Shown here one piece after another: positions 60,601 through 64,000 of a DNA stretch of 64,000 bases. The number at the start of each line of letters is the position of its first letter. Position 1 is the first letter of the stretch. The DNA is from an uncultured bacterium. Its GTDB lineage: Bacteria > CSSED10-310 > CAZUFC01. The notes beneath the pieces are model-generated. The model saw only the letters and a program-made list of their open reading frames with translations. It had not been told where the DNA came from and ran no database searches. Location of the stretch: NCBI GenBank assembly GCA_964619725.1, contig CAZUFC010000008.1, forward strand, positions 1-64,000, read 5' to 3'. The position numbers were made by a program, and so were the translations under genes.

Positions 60601-63600
60601 TAGGTTGTTACATAAGGTCTGTCGAACAGCTTGATTTTTCGAACAACTCTATCAGCGAGAACTTGTCTGACGGGCTTTGGTTGAGAGTATCCGATCCCGT
60701 GAGTCAGGTTTATTGGAATGATATTTACAGCAACGGTGAAGACGGCATTCATTGCGAGTACGGCAATATTGAGATGAAGTACAACGAGATACGAAAGAAC
60801 GGCATATACGGTATTGAGTTTGAATACGGGACAGGAACTTTCACACATAATAACATTTACCTGAACGCCGGATATGGGGTCATGCTTAAGGAGAGCGGGG
60901 ACATTTGCAAATTTCATTTCAACAACCTGTTCAGAAACGAGACATATGAGATGTACAACGATTCGGCAAGGCCAGTGGATGCCCGGCTTAACTGGTGGGG
61001 GGACGTAACGACGGCCCAGATGGATGCACAGGGTTATTCGGTGGATATTGCGAAAATCTATGACATTCATGATGATTTTACTCTGGGTCAGGTTGATTAT
61101 CGAGGCTGGATAGGGATGGCGGTTAATGTCGACAAGGACCCGGCATCTCATATCATAGAGCCGATGGACGGCATGGTATTGCCGAAGGGTCCGGTGGACA
61201 TATACGGGATAGCGGTTTCAACAGTAGGCATCGATCATGTGGACGTAAGTACTGACGGCGGGAACGACTGGGATGAGGTTCTCGGCGAGGAACACTGGAT
61301 TTTTCCGTGGTTTGCGGGCGTCGACGGAACATATAATATACGTTCAAGAGCCGTTGATACGGATTTAAACCTGGAATCGCCCGTCGGGCCCGGCATCACC
61401 GTAGACGTGGATACGGATGCGCCTCATACGTGGGGAACGCTTTATGAGGATGAAACCTGGAGCGGCAGCATGGTGATAACGGGCGACATAACCATCCCTG
61501 CAGGCAATGCGCTGACGATCCTTCCCGGAACTGACGTTATATTTGCTGCGGAACGGGACGACACCATGAGCGGAGTGGATGAGTCGAGGTGCGAATTGAT
61601 TGTGGAGGGATCGTTGATTGCTGATGGAGATGCGGCTGACGAAATTACATTTACGGTCAATTCGGTCGTTCCCGAAAGAATGGACTGGTACGGCATCAGA
61701 TTCGTGGAATCAAACGATGCCGAATGCGTGCTGGATCATTGCAATATTCAATGGGCCTACACGGGCGTCATGCTGGATAATTCTTCCCCTGAGATCAGCC
61801 ATTGCTCGATTTCCAACTGCTATTATCAGGGGATATCAGGCAGTACCTCGGACAACGACATCACCATATCCGACAGCGAAATATTCGAAAACGGCATGGA
61901 CAACGACGGTTACGGCATTATACTCGATTGCGGCGAAGAAATCAGGATAACGTTGAACGGCAATCACGTGCATGACAATTTCAGCTCTGGAATTCACTTC
62001 AGCAAAAGCAACGGACTGTCTGACATCCATTACATACTCATGAACAATACGGTCCACGATAACGACGGCCACGGCGTAAGGATATGGACGGGGAACAACA
62101 CCAATAATTCAGATGCATTCTTCCAGAACGAATATTATTACAACAATTACGGCGACGGACTTAACTTCAGATTCTCCGACTATTCGACTGATACGCAAGT
62201 AATTCTGGATAACGTAACCTGCAGGGCGAACACCGGCGACGGAATGTACCTGGAATTCAAACGCAACAACGAACCCGTCAATCTGGAATTATACGGGTGT
62301 GAGTCTTATGAAAATGATGAGAACGGCATTAAAATGTTTGCGAACAGTTGTTTTGTTTCCACGCTAACCTGTTCGGATTGCTATGTGCATGACAATGGAG
62401 AAGCGGGATGCCGGTTTGAAAAAACGGAGGAAGCGATCGTGAGTCACAATACGATCGGCGACAATGACGGCGACGGACTATGGATGAAACTAGGCGGAGA
62501 GAATGTATCCCAAATTTTTGACAACCAGATATTCGATAACGGGGGAATGGGACTTCACGTAGAAAACGGCGATGCGGTATTTTCAAACAACGCTGCAGAC
62601 CACAACATAAGTCACGGGATAGAATTCAGCGCCGGCCTCGGGGTTTTTCATTACAATGATATCAACTGGAACGGCGGATACGGCATCAGGCTAAACAATA
62701 CAAGCGACGTGACGGATTTCGATTACAACAATCTTTATCTCAACAACACCTATGAAATGTACAACGATTCTTCTTACGATGTATCGGCCATGTGCTGCTG
62801 GTGGGGCGATGCAGCGACCCAGGAGATGAATGATTACGGATTTCCTCACGATATATCGAGGATATACGACAACTGGGATTCGCCTTCGCGGGGACTGGTG
62901 AATTACAGCGGCTGGCAGAGCGGCCCGCTTCCGACGTTGACTCCCACAGTAGCGCCTACGGCGACGCCGGCGCCTCCGACATTGACTCCCACCATATCGC
63001 CCACCATGCCTTCCTGGACTATAACGCCGACCCTGGTACCGCCTACGGCCACGCCCGTATGCTGGAACGACGGCGATGTGGACGACAGCGGAGTATTAAC
63101 GCCCCTGGATGCCTTGATGTCATTCCGTATTTACCTGGGGGTGATACCCGATCCCACATTCGATGAATTCTGTTCCGCTGACTGTCTGGGAGAAGGCAAT
63201 GTTACGCCGGCCGATGCTCAATGCATCTTCGAGCATTACCTGGGAATGGAATGCGATTGCGCTGATCCTGTCGGAAAGGGATTCGGCGATGACTATGCTG
63301 CTCTGAATCAACGCAGAGGTTTACTGAGCGGACATGATGAAGCGTATGAGATTCAGGAACGGAGCGACGGCGAAAGGTTGGATGCGGTCTCCGAGGCTGG
63401 GATACAGAAGGTTCCGGACGGGTTTCTTTACGCTGAACTGGATTATAATTATACGACGGATTTACTCCTGGTCAGCATCAGGATGAGGAACGACGCAGAG
63501 CTCGTGCAAGCCTTCGGATTCCAGGTGTCATTCGATGAAAGCGTTTTAAATTACAAGGAATACCTGTTCGGCGAAATGATTGAGGATTGGGCATTCATGG

Positions 63601-63830
63601 GATCGAATTACAGCGAGGGCAACCTGACGGTCGGCGCCTTTGATGCTTTTTCAGGCATAAAGCCGGGATCGGAGGGCGTATTAGCGTTGTTTGTCTTTGA
63701 AGTCAGGGGAATCAGCGAAAGGTTTGATTTCGGGATTGATATTCACGGCCTGGCGGACGACATAGGCGAATATGAAACGACTACATATTGGTTGGATGAG
63801 AGCTTAAACGATTCAGAAGCGCTGCAATAA
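57678..63830 (+). CDS. Secreted giant beta-helix protein, paralog of the previous gene (three modules, PT linker, dockerin-like and cohesin-like domains)
   Basis: Signal peptide from the likely start at 57702 (MKNLSFKR..SAFA); three DETW modules; GDVDDSGVLTPLDA..DCLGEGNVTPADAQ; AFGFQVSFD..TVGAFD. Confidence 0.85.
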   Translation: MNNQEGVNMKNLSFKRQLFVVAALVMFLPCVSAFAQTTTPSPGATATVSPTPAPTLASGILAVDETWDGRVLVTGDVTVPDGLSLTIQAGTLVEFTAVSDDMSSGADNSRCELIIEGILEADGEAANEIIFTSDADTPEPRDYYGIRFLDPADELCVLDYCQIAWAYIGVELNTASPAVTNNVISDCYFQGISGSSSEVDLIIEGNEIFNVGVNNDGHGIYIDCFTDMDIYLNNNHSHDNYGRGIYCYNGNGLSNINYYFTGNLTENNARGGIYVYAGNSSNNVNFHFQDETASSNGGDGIQVRSYAYGSNMDAFFQSVDSYDNDGNGVHLYFDRISDPTNVELRDCNLYENAQKGIYAWGSGDPSSALFSMCAVYGNEDEGCYFRAFKNFLAEGNAVYDNLDNGLHVRPSSNAAVEFQHNDIYNNASYGVYCNGSSPLFIYNEIHENLGGGVWYQDEIATFVQNDIYMNGTYGVYFNNVNDTQAINGNNIYDNTDAEIYNNTGHAVDARCNYWGVSTTNEMNTMGYSANLSALHDIHDDISLGMIDYRGWKSTALDTSVDPVSYIIDPLDGITVSRGVLDIEGVACATSGIDIVEVTRDGGMFWLEADGKEDWSFPWYASASGIYNLNSRAYDDDSVMETPGAGIFVEVDSDKIHTLGDLFLDETWSGDVFVTGDVTVPNGVTLTILPGTTVTFAANRDDMIGGMDTSRCELIVKGILNATGTSGDEIVFTSDYESLKDWHGIRFVNPVDAFCILDHCDIQWAHAGIILEDASPTIMNSSVSHCLYRGITGETSEEDMLLQGNDIFLNGSDGDGYGVYLSYRCSLTFDDNHIYENFNNGVYCVGFQAVNIIEHNFMNNVVNNNGDTGVYMRVPSSSQNVEVNFQNDIFFSNNDHGVFVDFDPYGTNLGATFNGVTSYDNDDEGIKTAFDRDNAPRYVEIYSCEVYENIDFGIEIWGGVDDVTVQDTSVYENAGIGCYIRSVEQLDFSNNSISENLSDGLWLRVSDPVSQVYWNDIYSNGEDGIHCEYGNIEMKYNEIRKNGIYGIEFEYGTGTFTHNNIYLNAGYGVMLKESGDICKFHFNNLFRNETYEMYNDSARPVDARLNWWGDVTTAQMDAQGYSVDIAKIYDIHDDFTLGQVDYRGWIGMAVNVDKDPASHIIEPMDGMVLPKGPVDIYGIAVSTVGIDHVDVSTDGGNDWDEVLGEEHWIFPWFAGVDGTYNIRSRAVDTDLNLESPVGPGITVDVDTDAPHTWGTLYEDETWSGSMVITGDITIPAGNALTILPGTDVIFAAERDDTMSGVDESRCELIVEGSLIADGDAADEITFTVNSVVPERMDWYGIRFVESNDAECVLDHCNIQWAYTGVMLDNSSPEISHCSISNCYYQGISGSTSDNDITISDSEIFENGMDNDGYGIILDCGEEIRITLNGNHVHDNFSSGIHFSKSNGLSDIHYILMNNTVHDNDGHGVRIWTGNNTNNSDAFFQNEYYYNNYGDGLNFRFSDYSTDTQVILDNVTCRANTGDGMYLEFKRNNEPVNLELYGCESYENDENGIKMFANSCFVSTLTCSDCYVHDNGEAGCRFEKTEEAIVSHNTIGDNDGDGLWMKLGGENVSQIFDNQIFDNGGMGLHVENGDAVFSNNAADHNISHGIEFSAGLGVFHYNDINWNGGYGIRLNNTSDVTDFDYNNLYLNNTYEMYNDSSYDVSAMCCWWGDAATQEMNDYGFPHDISRIYDNWDSPSRGLVNYSGWQSGPLPTLTPTVAPTATPAPPTLTPTISPTMPSWTITPTLVPPTATPVCWNDGDVDDSGVLTPLDALMSFRIYLGVIPDPTFDEFCSADCLGEGNVTPADAQCIFEHYLGMECDCADPVGKGFGDDYAALNQRRGLLSGHDEAYEIQERSDGERLDAVSEAGIQKVPDGFLYAELDYNYTTDLLLVSIRMRNDAELVQAFGFQVSFDESVLNYKEYLFGEMIEDWAFMGSNYSEGNLTVGAFDAFSGIKPGSEGVLALFVFEVRGISERFDFGIDIHGLADDIGEYETTTYWLDESLNDSEALQ

Positions 63831-63866
63831 AAACGGCAATTTTCACCAATAACAGGGAGCAGCATA

Positions 63867-64000
63867 ATGAAGCGAAAAATATTTCTCGGATTATCAGCGA
63901 GCTGCCTCATCCTGTTCAGCAGCGTAGCGTTGTGTTTGGGATATAATCCCGCATCTAAAAGCGACCTGGTATGGGTCGCCGATAGTACCGGCTGTACAGG
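63867..64000 (+). CDS. Start of a further secreted protein (runs off the window)
   Basis: ATG after GGGAG; MKRKIFLGLSASCLILFSSVALC signal-like sequence; open to the window end. Confidence 0.6.
   Translation, partial: MKRKIFLGLSASCLILFSSVALCLGYNPASKSDLVWVADSTGCT

Noticed and set aside
52346-63830. Asn (AAC)-rich beta-helix genes as DGR targets or templates
   Set aside because: Asn ladders are intrinsic to beta-helices; the internal repeats differ at all base types and show no similarity to the TR-like segment.

Overview
A 64-kb bacterial chromosomal window, probably from an uncultured diderm (it has a TonB-dependent receptor and MraY). About 0.1-41.8 kb is mostly core or lineage-typical genes: radical SAM, ATL, ATP-cone/uridine-kinase-like, S8 protease with FG-GAP repeats, an FHA-GGDEF/PP2C/DUF4388/Ser-Thr kinase/HEAT signalling set, nucleotide-sugar dehydrogenase, a variant mraY, a carbamoyltransferase/GT2/methyltransferase cluster and tatD. 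A solitary integron-type PIN toxin cassette with an attC site interrupts it at about 31 kb. About 41.9-52.3 kb is a repeat-rich accessory hotspot with intact and decayed toxin-antitoxin modules and an IS4 remnant. Its main feature is a 1354-aa HD-NACHT-FGE/CLec (NLR-like) gene whose last codons look like a diversity-generating retroelement (DGR) template repeat, followed by a hairpin and a truncated DGR-type reverse transcriptase. A family of composite non-coding repeats sits at several gene-truncation points. The window ends with two tandem giant beta-helix proteins, each carrying both a dockerin-like and a cohesin-like module. All calls are from motif reading by eye; no database searches were run. 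No rRNA, tRNA or CRISPR array was recognised.
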